Source: Methanothermococcus sp. Ax23
Lineage (GTDB): Archaea > AGJL01 > Methanococci > Methanococcales > Methanococcaceae
Length of the DNA stretch: 64,000 bases
Reading direction: 5' to 3'
Assembly: GCF_049075655.1 (NCBI RefSeq)
Contig: NZ_CP157522.1
Span: forward strand, 288,001-352,000
Within the stretch, counting starts at the first letter, position 1. The number at the start of each line of letters is the position of its first letter. The notes under the pieces are model-generated. The model ran no database searches, was not told where the DNA came from, and saw only the letters and a list, made by a program, of their open reading frames with translations. Below, piece by piece: positions 43,833 through 55,079 of the stretch. Made by a program: the position numbers and the translations under genes.

Positions 43833-45149
43833 ATGAGAAACTACTTAATAAATAAAAGAAAAGCGGAATCGCAGGAAAATTTAAACAATTATCGTAAAAA
43901 TATCATATTAAAATTTAGAAAAAGTAAAATTTATAGCACAATAGATGAAATGAAACCGAATTTAAACAAATACCTTTTAAATCTAAAAATAAACGGAGGT
44001 ATAAAAAAATATCCTGAAGATTTTATTGTGGAAGAAATTACAGAAGATGGAATTGTTTTAGAACATGGAAAAGACTTAAAAGACATTTATTTTAAAGATA
44101 CGCCAAATTGGAACGGTTCTTTTATACACTTCACATTGGAAAAAATAAACTGGAACACAATGGATGCCATAAGGGAACTGGCAAAAAGAACAGGCACTAA
44201 GAGAAAAAACTTTGGTTTTGCAGGAACAAAGGATAAATTTGCCTTAACAACTCAAAGGGTTGGTTGTTTTGGAATAAAACCGGAGAAACTGGAAAAAATA
44301 AAGGACAGTATAAAAGATATAAAAATAAGGGATATTCAAAAAACAAATATTAAACTTAGAATGGGAAGTTTATGGGGTAATAGATTTACAATAAGGATAA
44401 GATTAAAAGATAATGGTAATAATAAAAATAATAATATCGAAGAAATAGCCAACTCCTTAAAAAATACCAAATTGGATTATGTTTTAAACTACTACGGCAT
44501 GCAGAGATTTGGAACATATCGTCCTATTACTCATGTGGTGGGAAAATTCATATACAATAGGGATTTTGAAAGTGCATTTTATACATATTGCGGAGCTCCG
44601 ATAAATGAAACTGGAAAAACACTTGAAGCAAGAAAGCTTGTAGATGAAGGGGACTTTAAAAATGCCTTAAAAATATACCCTAAGAGCCAGTATTATGAAA
44701 GAAAGATGATAAGGCACTACTTAAAAACGGGGAGTTTTAAGGAAAGCTTTAAAGTCCTCCCGCCACAGTTAAAAAGCATGTTTGTAAATGCCTACCAGTC
44801 CTATTTATTCAATGAAATGATAAATAAAAGATATGAATATGGATTTGAAGCAATGGAAGGGGATATTTTAATAGACGGCATTCCAACAGGAATATTAATT
44901 GGTAGTAATTCAGAATTATCTGGCGGAATTCAGGGAGAAATTGAAAAAGAAATAATAGATAGGGAAAATCTCGATTTAAAAGCATTTAAAATTGAAGACT
45001 TTGGGAACTTTCCCGGAGCTCGGAGGAAGTTAATCACAAAAGTTTATGATTTCAACTATTATATAGATAATGAAGGAATTGTCTTAAAATTCAAAATGGA
45101 AAGAGGAAACTATGCCACTGTGGTTTTGAGAGAGTTTATAGGGATATGA
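43833..45149 (+). CDS. truD: tRNA pseudouridine(13) synthase
   Basis: PEDFIVEE, AGTKDKFA, NYYGMQRFG, YATVVLRE. Confidence 0.95.
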   Translation: MRNYLINKRKAESQENLNNYRKNIILKFRKSKIYSTIDEMKPNLNKYLLNLKINGGIKKYPEDFIVEEITEDGIVLEHGKDLKDIYFKDTPNWNGSFIHFTLEKINWNTMDAIRELAKRTGTKRKNFGFAGTKDKFALTTQRVGCFGIKPEKLEKIKDSIKDIKIRDIQKTNIKLRMGSLWGNRFTIRIRLKDNGNNKNNNIEEIANSLKNTKLDYVLNYYGMQRFGTYRPITHVVGKFIYNRDFESAFYTYCGAPINETGKTLEARKLVDEGDFKNALKIYPKSQYYERKMIRHYLKTGSFKESFKVLPPQLKSMFVNAYQSYLFNEMINKRYEYGFEAMEGDILIDGIPTGILIGSNSELSGGIQGEIEKEIIDRENLDLKAFKIEDFGNFPGARRKLITKVYDFNYYIDNEGIVLKFKMERGNYATVVLREFIGI

Positions 45150-45200
45150 AGTAATAGATAATAATGATAAAATATAATAAATAATATAAAGAGGTGCAGA

Positions 45201-46571
45201 ATGTCAAAGAATATGAAGAATATTATAATTTTATTTTTCAGTTTTTTGTTAATGATATTAATATTAATGTTCTTTCCTGCACACGATGGAGTAAAAAAAG
45301 GATTAGCGATATTGTTATTCATATCTATTCTGTGGATATCCGAGGTTTTCCCTCTATCCATATCTGCATTATTTATTCCAGTATTTGCAGTTATTTTTGG
45401 AATCTTTGATGTAAAAGATGCTTTTAAATCATTTGCACATCCCATTATATTTTTATTCTTGGGAGGTTTTGCGTTGGCGTCTGCATTAAAAAAGCACAAT
45501 ATAGATAAAATAATCGCCTATAAGGTTGTTAAACTGGGAAATGGGGATTTTAAAACAGCGAGCTTTTTAATTATGCTGACCGCCTATATTCTCTCAATGT
45601 GGATAAGCAATACTTCGGCAACATTGATAATACTACCTCTCGCACTTGGTTTGTTATCCTACGAAAGTATGAATTTAAATGACAAGGATGAAAATAGAAA
45701 TAGAAATATTAAAAACATTTATTCATTTCTTCTTTTAGGTGTTGCATACTCTGCAAGCATTGGGGGAATTGCAACTATAATTGGAAGCCCTCCTAATGCC
45801 ATTACAAGCAGCTCATTAAATATGGGTTTTTCAGAGTGGTTTAAAGTAGGTTTTCCAGTAAGTTTAATACTAATGCCTGTAATTTATGCCATATTATATC
45901 TTTACTTTAAGCCAAATGTAAAAAATTATAAAATTAATTTAAATAATGATTTTAAATATACAAATAAAACAATTTTAACATTTATTGTATTTTTATTAAT
46001 TGCCATTTTATGGATGATTAGTGGAAAAATTGCAAATTTAATTGGCGTAAGTAGTTATATGGATTCCATAATTGCCGTAATTGGTATAATTCTATTGTTT
46101 TCCCTAAAACTAATTAATTGGAAGGATTTGGACGACTCTACTGATTGGGGAGTATTGATGCTTTTTGGAGGAGCTCTATCTCTAAGCAGTATAGTATCCA
46201 CAACAGGAACGGGAGAATTTATTGCAAACATTTTAATAAGTTTTATAAATAGCGTTCCAATTTCTATATTCATATTTGGAATAATCGTATTTTCCATGCT
46301 ATTAACTAATATTATGAGCAACACAGGAGTTGCAAGCGTTCTAATGCCTGTATTAATGGCAGCCGCAATGGAACTGAATATAAGTCCAGAATTAATTGCT
46401 TTACCAGTTGGGATTGCCGTATCCTGTGCATACATGCTCCCTGTGGGAACTCCCCCAAATGCCATAGTTTTTGCAGAGGGGCATTTAAGTGAAAAGGACA
46501 TGATAAAAGTAGGTTTTATATTATCGTTAGTATCATCGATTATTATTGCAGGTTATTTTTTAATGTTGTAA
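45201..46571 (+). CDS. DASS/SLC13 family anion transporter
   Basis: SMWISNTS, IGSPPN, SNTG, PVGTPPNA. Confidence 0.92.
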   Translation: MSKNMKNIIILFFSFLLMILILMFFPAHDGVKKGLAILLFISILWISEVFPLSISALFIPVFAVIFGIFDVKDAFKSFAHPIIFLFLGGFALASALKKHNIDKIIAYKVVKLGNGDFKTASFLIMLTAYILSMWISNTSATLIILPLALGLLSYESMNLNDKDENRNRNIKNIYSFLLLGVAYSASIGGIATIIGSPPNAITSSSLNMGFSEWFKVGFPVSLILMPVIYAILYLYFKPNVKNYKINLNNDFKYTNKTILTFIVFLLIAILWMISGKIANLIGVSSYMDSIIAVIGIILLFSLKLINWKDLDDSTDWGVLMLFGGALSLSSIVSTTGTGEFIANILISFINSVPISIFIFGIIVFSMLLTNIMSNTGVASVLMPVLMAAAMELNISPELIALPVGIAVSCAYMLPVGTPPNAIVFAEGHLSEKDMIKVGFILSLVSSIIIAGYFLML

Positions 46572-46641
46572 ATTTCAGAAAAAATCGAAAAAGCCCTATA
46601 AAAATGGAAGATTTTAAAAATAAAATTCTAAGATTCTAAAA

Positions 46642-46980
46642 GTGAATTACTCCTCTCTTACGGAAGGAGCTTCCTGCTTCATTAAGCTTTTGCCCTCCAC
46701 AGGCACAACGGACTCTCCCAGCCCTGACTTTATTATATCTTAGAAAAGATTTGTAAGTCCTGCATATACTTCTAGGGACTATAACGCATCCAATATATTT
46801 TATAACAAAAACTAATATAAATATTTTTCGTCGGATTTCCGAGCGATAGCGAAGGAAAGTAATGAAATGCGAAGCATTTCATCTGATTTCATCTCCTCCC
46901 TTACGGAAGGGGATGTCTGAGCGATAGCGAAGACATTTATAAATTCCGAAGGAATTTATCAAACTTCCCGCCGACATTAG
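46642..46980 (-). mobile_element. Non-autonomous IS605-type MITE related to the tnpB element, retaining omega-RNA region
   Basis: Reverse complement matches tnpB 3' end (AAAGTCAGGGCTGGGAGAGTCCGTTGTGCCTG ... GAGTAATTCAC); both end hairpins with CGTAAG loops; TTTAA target at left end. Confidence 0.85.
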
Positions 46981-47024
46981 TTAAAAAATAAAAAAATTAG
47001 ATGTTATTAATAAATACTATTAAT

Positions 47025-48170
47025 TTATTCCATGTCTCCCCTATCTCTTACACTATCCAATTTTTTAACTTTTTCAGCATCTACAAATCTATCTTTTAAT
47101 GTTTCCAATATCTGTGGAACGGATGTGTATTCCATCATAGCTTCTGGCAATCTGTGAGGCTGGAATGGTCCCATGCTTCTTATCATGTCTGCCATATCCA
47201 ATGCTTTCTGTCTTGCATTGTCGAATGAAATATCTGCGAATAAGTCATTAGGTCCTACCAATCTTCCTTCTGAGAGCTGGAATCCTAATGCCATTACTCT
47301 CGCAGGACCATCGAATCTTGAAGGTCTTGCGTCATCTTCACCAACAGGCATTAACGGTCCCCAGTGGCATCCTCTCATCCATCCTGGAACAAGATGTGGT
47401 ATTGCAAATGCCTCTAAAATTTCTCCAACTGCTGGCATACCACTCTGAGCTCTCACAATTGCAACAGGGTCGTCTTTACCAACATATTCACCAGCTATTT
47501 TATTCAATTTTTCGGAGCTCGCTATTGCTGCAATTTCATTATCTTTTGCTCTGAATACTCTTTTTACAGCATATTTTTCTAAGTTTCCGATTAATGCCAA
47601 TAAGGAGTAGGATTCTTCTGGTGTTTTTAAGGTAATTTGTTTGTTTTCATACATGTCCAATACATCGAATTTAAATCCGCCAGTCATGGATTTATCATAA
47701 ACAAGACCTGCTGTATGGAATGGGTCTGCAAACATCTTGTAGAATGGCATGTTGAATGCTGTTGGGTCTGTTTTATCACAGCAAAATACTATTACAGGTT
47801 CGCTTGGTCTTTCAACAAATTCCATTTCAGCACATCCTGGTCCCATACCTTTTACATTTCCTGTAAAACCTTCTGCAAGTAAATCCTGACCTGCACCATA
47901 TAATTTTAATTCCTTTGCAACTTCTGTTGCTTCTTCAAATGCTTTCCATGCCAATCCATGTATTTTTTCATTATCTGTTCCAAGCTTATGGGTCATGATT
48001 AAGTCTATATCATCCCCACATCTTGTAACATAATAATCAATCAATAGCTCATCGATAGCTTCTTCAAGAACATATTCACATGCATCCAACAATTCTTCTG
48101 GTGCCAATGTGTGTCCGCACAATCCTCCAACATCCGCTTTGATAACACTTAGAGTTATTTTTTCTTCCAT
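47025..48170 (-). CDS. fbp: Fructose-1,6-bisphosphate aldolase/phosphatase
   Basis: IKADVGG, YGAGQDLL, YVGKDDP, MEYT. Confidence 0.97.
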   Translation of the reverse strand: MEEKITLSVIKADVGGLCGHTLAPEELLDACEYVLEEAIDELLIDYYVTRCGDDIDLIMTHKLGTDNEKIHGLAWKAFEEATEVAKELKLYGAGQDLLAEGFTGNVKGMGPGCAEMEFVERPSEPVIVFCCDKTDPTAFNMPFYKMFADPFHTAGLVYDKSMTGGFKFDVLDMYENKQITLKTPEESYSLLALIGNLEKYAVKRVFRAKDNEIAAIASSEKLNKIAGEYVGKDDPVAIVRAQSGMPAVGEILEAFAIPHLVPGWMRGCHWGPLMPVGEDDARPSRFDGPARVMALGFQLSEGRLVGPNDLFADISFDNARQKALDMADMIRSMGPFQPHRLPEAMMEYTSVPQILETLKDRFVDAEKVKKLDSVRDRGDME

Positions 48171-48372
48171 ACAATCACGCTCTCTTTTTTATTTTTTCTT
48201 TTATATTTTTTCTATAATCTTGGTTAATAAGGATTTCACACGAAAGGGTGAAATTTGTTTACGGGCATTTTTTATTTTAATTTATCCAAAATCAATATAT
48301 CGTTTAAAAATATTTATACTTAATGATTTCGTTGATAAGGTATATTCCATATTTATAATTTTCAAATTTTAA

Positions 48373-49786
48373 CATATTCCGCAAGAAGTCCCCTCCCGTA
48401 AGGGAGGGGATGAATTATGATAAAAACCTTCGGTTTTTATATATTTCCTTCGCTTCGCTCGGAAATGCGGGCATTATTTATATATAGCATAAGTAGCAAC
48501 ATACTATTTATAAGTTATCAAACTGTGAGGCAAATGTTGAAAAGGACTTATAGGTTCAGAATTTATCCTTCAAAGAGTATCCAAAGAACAATAGAGGAAC
48601 ATCTAAATATATGTAGATACCTCTATAACTATCTTTTGGAACAGAAAACCAAAAATCCAAAACTAAACAAAATGAATACTCAAAAACTAATAACCGAACA
48701 TAAAAAGGAAAATCCTGAACTTAAAAAAGTCCATTCAAAAGTCCTTCAAATGGTAAATAATAAACTCTGGGGAAACCTCAAAGCATTAGGCAAACTAAAA
48801 CAGAATGGGCATAAAGTCGGTAAGTTAAGATTCAAATCATCAAAGAATCGATATAAAACATTAGAATACAATCAATCAGGTTTTAAGATTAAGGATAACA
48901 AACTTCACCTATCTAAGATAGGAGAAATTCCTATAAAACTACACCAAAACATTAAAGGAAAGATTAAAAGTGTAATCATAAAAAAAGAACCAACAAACAA
49001 ATGGTTTGCTTTCTTCCAAGTTGAGGAAGAACCTAAACCACTGCCTAAAACTAATAAGGTTGTAGGTATCGATTTAGGAATCGATGGTTATACCATCGAT
49101 TCAGACGGGAACAAGTTTGAAAATCCAAAGTTTATAGATAAAACATTGGATAAAATAAAGAGAGTCCAAAAGAACCTATCACGAAAGGTTAAAGGTTCTA
49201 ACAATTGGAATAAAACTAAACTAAAACTTATCAAGGTTTATGACAAGTTAAAGAATCAGAAAAACGATTTTCTACATAAACTATCAAGATATTACATAAA
49301 TAACTACGATAAAATAGTTTTAGAGGACTTAAATATAAAATCAATGGTTGAAAATGGAAAAGGTAAGACCTTAAACCGTCATATTCTTGACAGTTCTTGG
49401 AAAAAATTTATAAATCAACTTCTCTACAAGGCGGAGGGTGCTGGTAGAGAAGTAATATTAGTAAATCCGTCTTATACTTCCAAAAAGTGTTCCAACTGCG
49501 GGCATGTTGTTAAAGACTTAAAACTTTCAGATAGAACCTTTTTTTGTCCTGTCTGCGGTTGGAAAATTGATAGGGATTATAACGCATCTCTAAATATATT
49601 AAAGTCAGGGCTGGGAGAGTCCGTTGTGCCTGCCGAGAGAAAACCTCTACTCCAAACCATTTCTTATAAAGAAGTGGTTTTGGGGCAAGTTTTCTCAATG
49701 AATCAGGAAGCCTTGCCCGAAGGGCGAGGGCTACGAAAACCGAAAGGTTTTCGTTTAACCCCGTCCGTAAGGGCAGAGTAATTCAC
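48373..49786 (+). mobile_element. IS200/IS605-family solo-tnpB element (IS1341-like)
   Basis: TTTAA at 48368-48372; left hairpin CCCCTCCC-GTAA-GGGAGGGG; right end ...GTAATTCAC; no tnpA. Confidence 0.88.
48534..49781 (+). CDS. tnpB: RNA-guided endonuclease TnpB
   Basis: ATG 48534 after GTGAGG; RuvC GIDLG, VLEDL and DRDYNA; zinc finger CSNC/CPVC. Confidence 0.95.
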   Translation: MLKRTYRFRIYPSKSIQRTIEEHLNICRYLYNYLLEQKTKNPKLNKMNTQKLITEHKKENPELKKVHSKVLQMVNNKLWGNLKALGKLKQNGHKVGKLRFKSSKNRYKTLEYNQSGFKIKDNKLHLSKIGEIPIKLHQNIKGKIKSVIIKKEPTNKWFAFFQVEEEPKPLPKTNKVVGIDLGIDGYTIDSDGNKFENPKFIDKTLDKIKRVQKNLSRKVKGSNNWNKTKLKLIKVYDKLKNQKNDFLHKLSRYYINNYDKIVLEDLNIKSMVENGKGKTLNRHILDSSWKKFINQLLYKAEGAGREVILVNPSYTSKKCSNCGHVVKDLKLSDRTFFCPVCGWKIDRDYNASLNILKSGLGESVVPAERKPLLQTISYKEVVLGQVFSMNQEALPEGRGLRKPKGFRLTPSVRAE

Positions 49787-49921
49787 TGGATATGGATGTA
49801 ATTTAGTATATATTGTATTTATTATATTATGGGTTTTAGGACAATATATGAATATATAAATAGCGGCTTCCATAATATATTTAACTGACATATATGTTCA
49901 TCGACTAAAAAAGGGGAGATT

Positions 49922-50944
49922 ATGCAATCGTTTAAAATCGCAAGAATTATGGGAATTCCAATTGAACTTCATATTACGTTTATTTTACTTCTAATGCTGG
50001 TATATTATCTTTGGGGCATTGGGGGCTTTATATTATATGTATTTCTATTTACATCAGTAGTTTTGCACGAATTAGGTCATTCATATGTGGCTAAAAAATA
50101 TGGAGTATATATAGAAAAGATTCTTCTTCTTCCAATCGGCGGAATGGCTATGATGGATAGAATTCCCAAAGAAGGGGAGTTTAAAATAGCCATTGCTGGA
50201 CCTGCTGTAAGCATTATTTTGGGAATTTTATTCCTGGGCCTATCAAATTTTATGGATTTCAATATTTTAAAAATTGATAATATGGTATATCCATTATTTA
50301 TGACAGTTGGAGTGTTAAATTTTATGCTCGGGATATTTAATTTACTTCCTGCATTTCCAATGGATGGTGGAAGGATATTGAGAGCTCTGATTTCACATAA
50401 AGTAGGTTATATAAAAGCCACAAAGATTGCATCCACCATTGGACAGTATCTTTCATTTATTATGCTTGGTTTTGGTATTATATCGTTAAATATTATCTTG
50501 ATTTTGATAGCTCTGTTTATATACTATGGGGCTTCTCAGGAATATAGTGCATTACTTGCCTATGATGTATTCAATAAAATAAAAGTTAAAGATATAATGT
50601 CAAAAAATATCGTATCGGTTTCGCCAGAAGATTCTGTTAAAGATTTGGTGGATTTAATGTTTAAATACAAATATCTGGGTTATCCCGTAATTAAAAATGG
50701 GAAACTCGTGGGTAGCGTTTCTTTTGACGATATAACAAATGTTGATGAAAATATATTGGTAAAAGATATTATGACTCCCCCAGTTATAGTGCCTGAACAT
50801 ATGGATTTAAACGACCTTTTGCTTAAAATAAATAATTCTGAAAGGGTTTATGTTGTAGATAACAATGAATTAAAAGGAATAATCTCAAAAACAGATGTGA
50901 TTAGAATATTGAAACTATTGGGACTAAAAAACAATTATAAGTAA
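49922..50944 (+). CDS. Site-2 protease (M50) with CBS domains
   Basis: HELGH, AGP, NLLPAFPMDGG; C-terminal CBS pair. Confidence 0.93.
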   Translation: MQSFKIARIMGIPIELHITFILLLMLVYYLWGIGGFILYVFLFTSVVLHELGHSYVAKKYGVYIEKILLLPIGGMAMMDRIPKEGEFKIAIAGPAVSIILGILFLGLSNFMDFNILKIDNMVYPLFMTVGVLNFMLGIFNLLPAFPMDGGRILRALISHKVGYIKATKIASTIGQYLSFIMLGFGIISLNIILILIALFIYYGASQEYSALLAYDVFNKIKVKDIMSKNIVSVSPEDSVKDLVDLMFKYKYLGYPVIKNGKLVGSVSFDDITNVDENILVKDIMTPPVIVPEHMDLNDLLLKINNSERVYVVDNNELKGIISKTDVIRILKLLGLKNNYK

Positions 50945-50963
50945 AAATAAAAATTAAATTAAA

Positions 50964-51140
50964 TTATTCATTTTTCTTCCATTCTGTGTATCCGCATTTT
51001 CCGCATGCGTATCTGTTTAAATGTTCAGCCATGAACACACCAGGACCGCATTTTGGGCACACTTTTTTTATTCTTTCTACGCTGTCTCCTTCAACTTTGT
51101 AGTATTTGTATTTTTGAACGCCTGTATTTTTTGTAGCCAT
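50964..51140 (-). CDS. rps27ae: 30S ribosomal protein S27ae (not in ORF track)
   Basis: Hand translation ...KYYKVEG...[28 protein letters not shown]. Confidence 0.95.
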   Translation of the reverse strand: MATKNTGVQKYKYYKVEGDSVERIKKVCPKCGPGVFMAEHLNRYACGKCGYTEWKKNE

Positions 51141-51463
51141 TATTCTCCCTCCGCTTCAATTTCTTCTTTTTCTTCTTCAATTTTATTTTTTTCTAAAACT
51201 GATTTCTTTTCAATTAAATTCATCATTTTTTCGTCGTTGTATATTTTTGCATATCCATTGGATTCCATTTTACCGAATTCCTGATTAAGCGTATCTACTA
51301 TAACCATGTTTTTATCTGCATTTAACATTGCAACGAGTTTCATCTTTACATCTTTTATTGAAGGTGTAGCTCCTTCATATTCTACTAGGAATTTAATTTC
51401 CCTTCTATTTAATAATGGATTTTCTCTGTCTGAAATTATTTTTATCTCCATGACCATCACCAT
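51140..51463 (-). CDS. rps24e: 30S ribosomal protein S24e
   Basis: [20 protein letters not shown]. Confidence 0.95.
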   Translation of the reverse strand: MVMVMEIKIISDRENPLLNRREIKFLVEYEGATPSIKDVKMKLVAMLNADKNMVIVDTLNQEFGKMESNGYAKIYNDEKMMNLIEKKSVLEKNKIEEEKEEIEAEGE

Positions 51464-51695
51464 GATATTTTATGCAAATGTTTGATATAATATAAAAAGT
51501 GTAATTTTTAGATATTTAATATATAATATTTTTTATGTTAAAATCTTTTATATATTCTCAGATTTTTCACCGAATGTTTAGATTATTAATTCATCGGTTA
51601 TATAATATTTAATAGTTTATATTATTATCCTTTTGAAAGGTTTTAACATAACTTCAAATAAGTATGGACATATAATTATTTATTATAATTATTTA

Positions 51696-52172
51696 TTATT
51701 TTTCATCCATCATACTTAATATTTCATCTATTTTAGTCTTCAAATCCTTGTTTATTTTTAGCAATACTACGCCTTCATCAGGTTGTCCATACAATACAAT
51801 AGTATCCTCAGGAAAATATTTGATAACAGGTATGGTGAGCAAATCTTCTTCACCATCTACCTTTAAAGCAACATTTTCATTGTTTTTTGTGGAAAGGTAT
51901 TTAATTTTTTCCATGGCTTCATCAGATATACATCCCGGAGGATTCTTTATTTCAAAAACCTTTTTAAATTTGTGGCTTATATCCACAGAGATATCTCTTT
52001 TAGTTTTTAAATCGAAAATTGATAAATTTGGTATTATGTTTTTTGATAAAAGATTTTTTGTAGTAATATCACCAATAGAAACGACCTTTCCATTTATAGG
52101 AGGTAGTTCTTTATATACTTTTCCAAAGGGTTTTTTAAGTATTTCCCTTAATCTCTCAGTTAATATATACAT
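51696..52172 (-). CDS. GTP-dependent dephospho-CoA kinase (DUF359)
   Basis: GDITT, DLKTKR, NPPG, VDGEEDL, YGQP. Confidence 0.9.
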   Translation of the reverse strand: MYILTERLREILKKPFGKVYKELPPINGKVVSIGDITTKNLLSKNIIPNLSIFDLKTKRDISVDISHKFKKVFEIKNPPGCISDEAMEKIKYLSTKNNENVALKVDGEEDLLTIPVIKYFPEDTIVLYGQPDEGVVLLKINKDLKTKIDEILSMMDEK

Positions 52173-52196
52173 AATGTCCCTGCTCTATGTAAATTT

Positions 52197-52373
52197 TCAT
52201 TTTACACTTAATGCATATTTTCCTTTGCAGTCTGCCTTAATCTTTTTGGCAACTTCTGAGTTCAAAGGGTCCAATATAATTAAAAGACCTCTCCAATTTT
52301 CAGAAGTTTCAGAGCCGCAAAGAGGGCATTTATCTTCATTGGTTAAATATTTACACCTTAAACAAGCATTCAT
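52197..52373 (-). CDS. spt4: Transcription elongation factor Spt4 (RpoE''; not in ORF track)
   Basis: Hand translation MNACLRCKYL...CPLCGS...WRGLLII...GKYALSVK. Confidence 0.95.
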   Translation of the reverse strand: MNACLRCKYLTNEDKCPLCGSETSENWRGLLIILDPLNSEVAKKIKADCKGKYALSVK

Positions 52374-52438
52374 AAATAATTCACCTTGTTTATATTGGAT
52401 TTGTTATTTTACTATTATTTAATTTCCTTCATCATCAT

Positions 52439-52996
52439 TCATTCTTTTTTCTTCTTTTTGTCTTCTTCTATCCATTCTAATTTTCCCAATCCTGGCTGTC
52501 TCATGGTTAGTGCTATTTTACTACCTCTCTTTCTAGCCTCTCTTAAACTGACTGCTACAATTCTTGCTCTTACTTTATCTCCTTTTTCAATTACTCTTCC
52601 AGTTTCTTTTCCAATTATTGCCTCTCTTTTTGGGTCATAGGATACATAATCATCCATAATCTGGGATATGTGTATAAGCCCGTCAAGAGGTCCCAATCTT
52701 ACAAAGACACCGAATTCCACGACATCAACAACTTCCCCTTCTACAACTTCGTAGAGCTCCGGCATATAACATAAAACATCGAAAACTGCTGGGTGGTATG
52801 CTGCACCATCTCCATAAATTACCTTACCATCTCCAATTTCTCGTATTTCTCCGATTGATAATATAAATCCCATATCTTTATCAAGTATGCCCTCGTATTT
52901 TTCCATAAGTATTTTGTGTAGGGACTCGTTTAGCGGAGCTCCGAACATATATGGCGGAACTCTTACGGTATCTGAAATAGTTACTAATCTATACAA
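52439..52996 (-). CDS. rpo7: RNA polymerase subunit Rpo7 (E')
   Basis: GDGAAYH, S1 domain GPLDGLIHISQ, MRQPGLG. Confidence 0.97.
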   Translation of the reverse strand: MYRLVTISDTVRVPPYMFGAPLNESLHKILMEKYEGILDKDMGFILSIGEIREIGDGKVIYGDGAAYHPAVFDVLCYMPELYEVVEGEVVDVVEFGVFVRLGPLDGLIHISQIMDDYVSYDPKREAIIGKETGRVIEKGDKVRARIVAVSLREARKRGSKIALTMRQPGLGKLEWIEEDKKKKKE

Positions 52997-53317
52997 ATAA
53001 TCACCTCATATTTTTAAATAGAGCCATTATGATAGAACCATTATACTAATTATAATAATAAATATATTATATGCAAAATGATTTAAAATTAGAAATTTCT
53101 AAAAAAATCAAATATTTTTAATGTTATTTCCTTGGAAATAGTAGAATAGAAAAGTCAAGGTATTTTATACTAAAATAATATGTATTATTTATATGTTATA
53201 TATGTTATTGTATATTTATTTTATTCATATTTTAAATATTTTTTAAATATTACTTAATTATTTTACAAATAATATATTAATTTTATAATATATAAACTCA
53301 ACGATTTTGGTGAGATT

Positions 53318-54970
53318 ATGGTTGATTATGATAATACAGATGCCATTTATAAAAAATTTATAAGGTGTATAATAGATAAATTATTGTTAAATAAGGATAA
53401 GTTAAACTCCCTTCCACCAAAGAGGAAAAAACAAAAGGTTGAAGATATTAAGGCACAGTGTTTGAGAAAATTTGATTTAAATATTGGATTTCCCCCAAAT
53501 TCAGAAATAATAAAATATGCAACAGAAGATGAAAAGAAAGAAATAATACCTCTTCTTAGAAAAAAACCAATTAGAACACTATCAGGGGTTGCAGTGGTGG
53601 CAGTAATGACATCCCCTGACAAATGCCCCCATGGAAAATGCTTCTTCTGTCCCGGGGGGGCTGAAAGCACCTTTGGGGATGTTCCTCAGAGCTATACTGG
53701 TAAGGAGCCCGCCACAATGAGAGGTCTCATGTATGGATTTGACCCATATATTCAGACAAAGGAGAGAATAGAACAGCTTGAAAAAGTGGGGCATCCAACG
53801 GACAAAATAGAATTAATTATAATGGGCGGAACATTTCCTGCAAGACCTATTGAATATCAGGATAGTTTTATAAAGGGATGCCTTGATGCCATGAACGGCA
53901 CAATATCAGAAACACTTGAAGAGGCACAGAAAATAAACGAAACCGCAAAACATAGATGTGTGGCCATTACAATTGAAACAAGACCTGATTACTGTAAAGA
54001 AAAGGAAATAAACCAAATGCTTAAATTAGGTGCTACTAGGGTAGAGCTCGGAGTCCAAACAATATATAACGATATTTTGGAGTATATAAAAAGAGGACAT
54101 ACTGTTGAAGATACCATAAAAGCAACGCAATTATTAAAGGACAGCGGTTTAAAGGTGTCATACCATATTATGCCGGGGCTTCCTAAATCTTCAAAGGAAC
54201 TTGATAAAAAGGTATTTTATGAAGTATTCAATAATCCAGATTTTAAACCGGATTTAATAAAAATATACCCGTGCCTTGTGATAGAAGGAACTGAGTTATA
54301 TGAAATATGGGAAAAAGGAGAATTTAAACCAATAAATGATGATGAAGCAATAGAGCTCATCACCTATGCAAAATCCATAATGCCAAAATGGGTAAGGACT
54401 TCACGAATACAGAGGGATATTCCAGCAACAGTAATTGAGGAAGGAGTTAAGAAAAGCAATTTAGGTGAGCTCGTTTATAAGAACCTTGATAAAAAAGGCA
54501 TAAAATGTAAGTGTATAAGATGTAGGGAAGTAGGGCATGTAATGTATAAAAAAGGAATTATTCCAGATGTTGAGAATATAAAATTATGTAGGGAAGATTA
54601 TATTGCAAGTGGCGGAACAGAGATATTCCTATCCTACGAGGATGTTAAAAATGACATACTTATTGGATATTTAAGATTAAGGATACCGTATAAGCCATTC
54701 AGACCAGAGATAGACGACAAAACCGCATTGGTAAGGCAGTTGCATGTGTGCGGTCAGGAGCAGAAATTAACCGAAAAGGAAGGGAAAGAAACAGCATGGC
54801 AGCATAAAGGATACGGTAAATTATTATTAAAAGAGGCTGAAAGAATAGCAAAAGATGAATTTGATAAAAATAAATTGCTGATTACAAGCGGTATTGGTGC
54901 AAGGGAATATTATAGAAAGTTAGGATATGAACGAGTTGGGGCATACATGGGGAAAATGTTATATAAATAA
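53318..54970 (+). CDS. elp3: tRNA uridine(34) acetyltransferase Elp3
   Basis: RTLSGVA, CPHGKCFFCPGG, ETRPD, QHKGYG. Confidence 0.95.
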   Translation: MVDYDNTDAIYKKFIRCIIDKLLLNKDKLNSLPPKRKKQKVEDIKAQCLRKFDLNIGFPPNSEIIKYATEDEKKEIIPLLRKKPIRTLSGVAVVAVMTSPDKCPHGKCFFCPGGAESTFGDVPQSYTGKEPATMRGLMYGFDPYIQTKERIEQLEKVGHPTDKIELIIMGGTFPARPIEYQDSFIKGCLDAMNGTISETLEEAQKINETAKHRCVAITIETRPDYCKEKEINQMLKLGATRVELGVQTIYNDILEYIKRGHTVEDTIKATQLLKDSGLKVSYHIMPGLPKSSKELDKKVFYEVFNNPDFKPDLIKIYPCLVIEGTELYEIWEKGEFKPINDDEAIELITYAKSIMPKWVRTSRIQRDIPATVIEEGVKKSNLGELVYKNLDKKGIKCKCIRCREVGHVMYKKGIIPDVENIKLCREDYIASGGTEIFLSYEDVKNDILIGYLRLRIPYKPFRPEIDDKTALVRQLHVCGQEQKLTEKEGKETAWQHKGYGKLLLKEAERIAKDEFDKNKLLITSGIGAREYYRKLGYERVGAYMGKMLYK

Positions 54971-55079
54971 ATACCATTACAGATATATTTAATCAAAAAT
55001 AAGCATTACTCTATAACTAAAACATATGATAAAAAATAAAAAAAATAAAAATAAAAATAAAACATTAAAAGGTGAAAAA

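Noticed and set aside
48417-48533. N-terminal extension of TnpB in the ORF track
   Set aside because: It runs through the left-end cassette and promoter; the RBS and HTH start fit ATG 48534.
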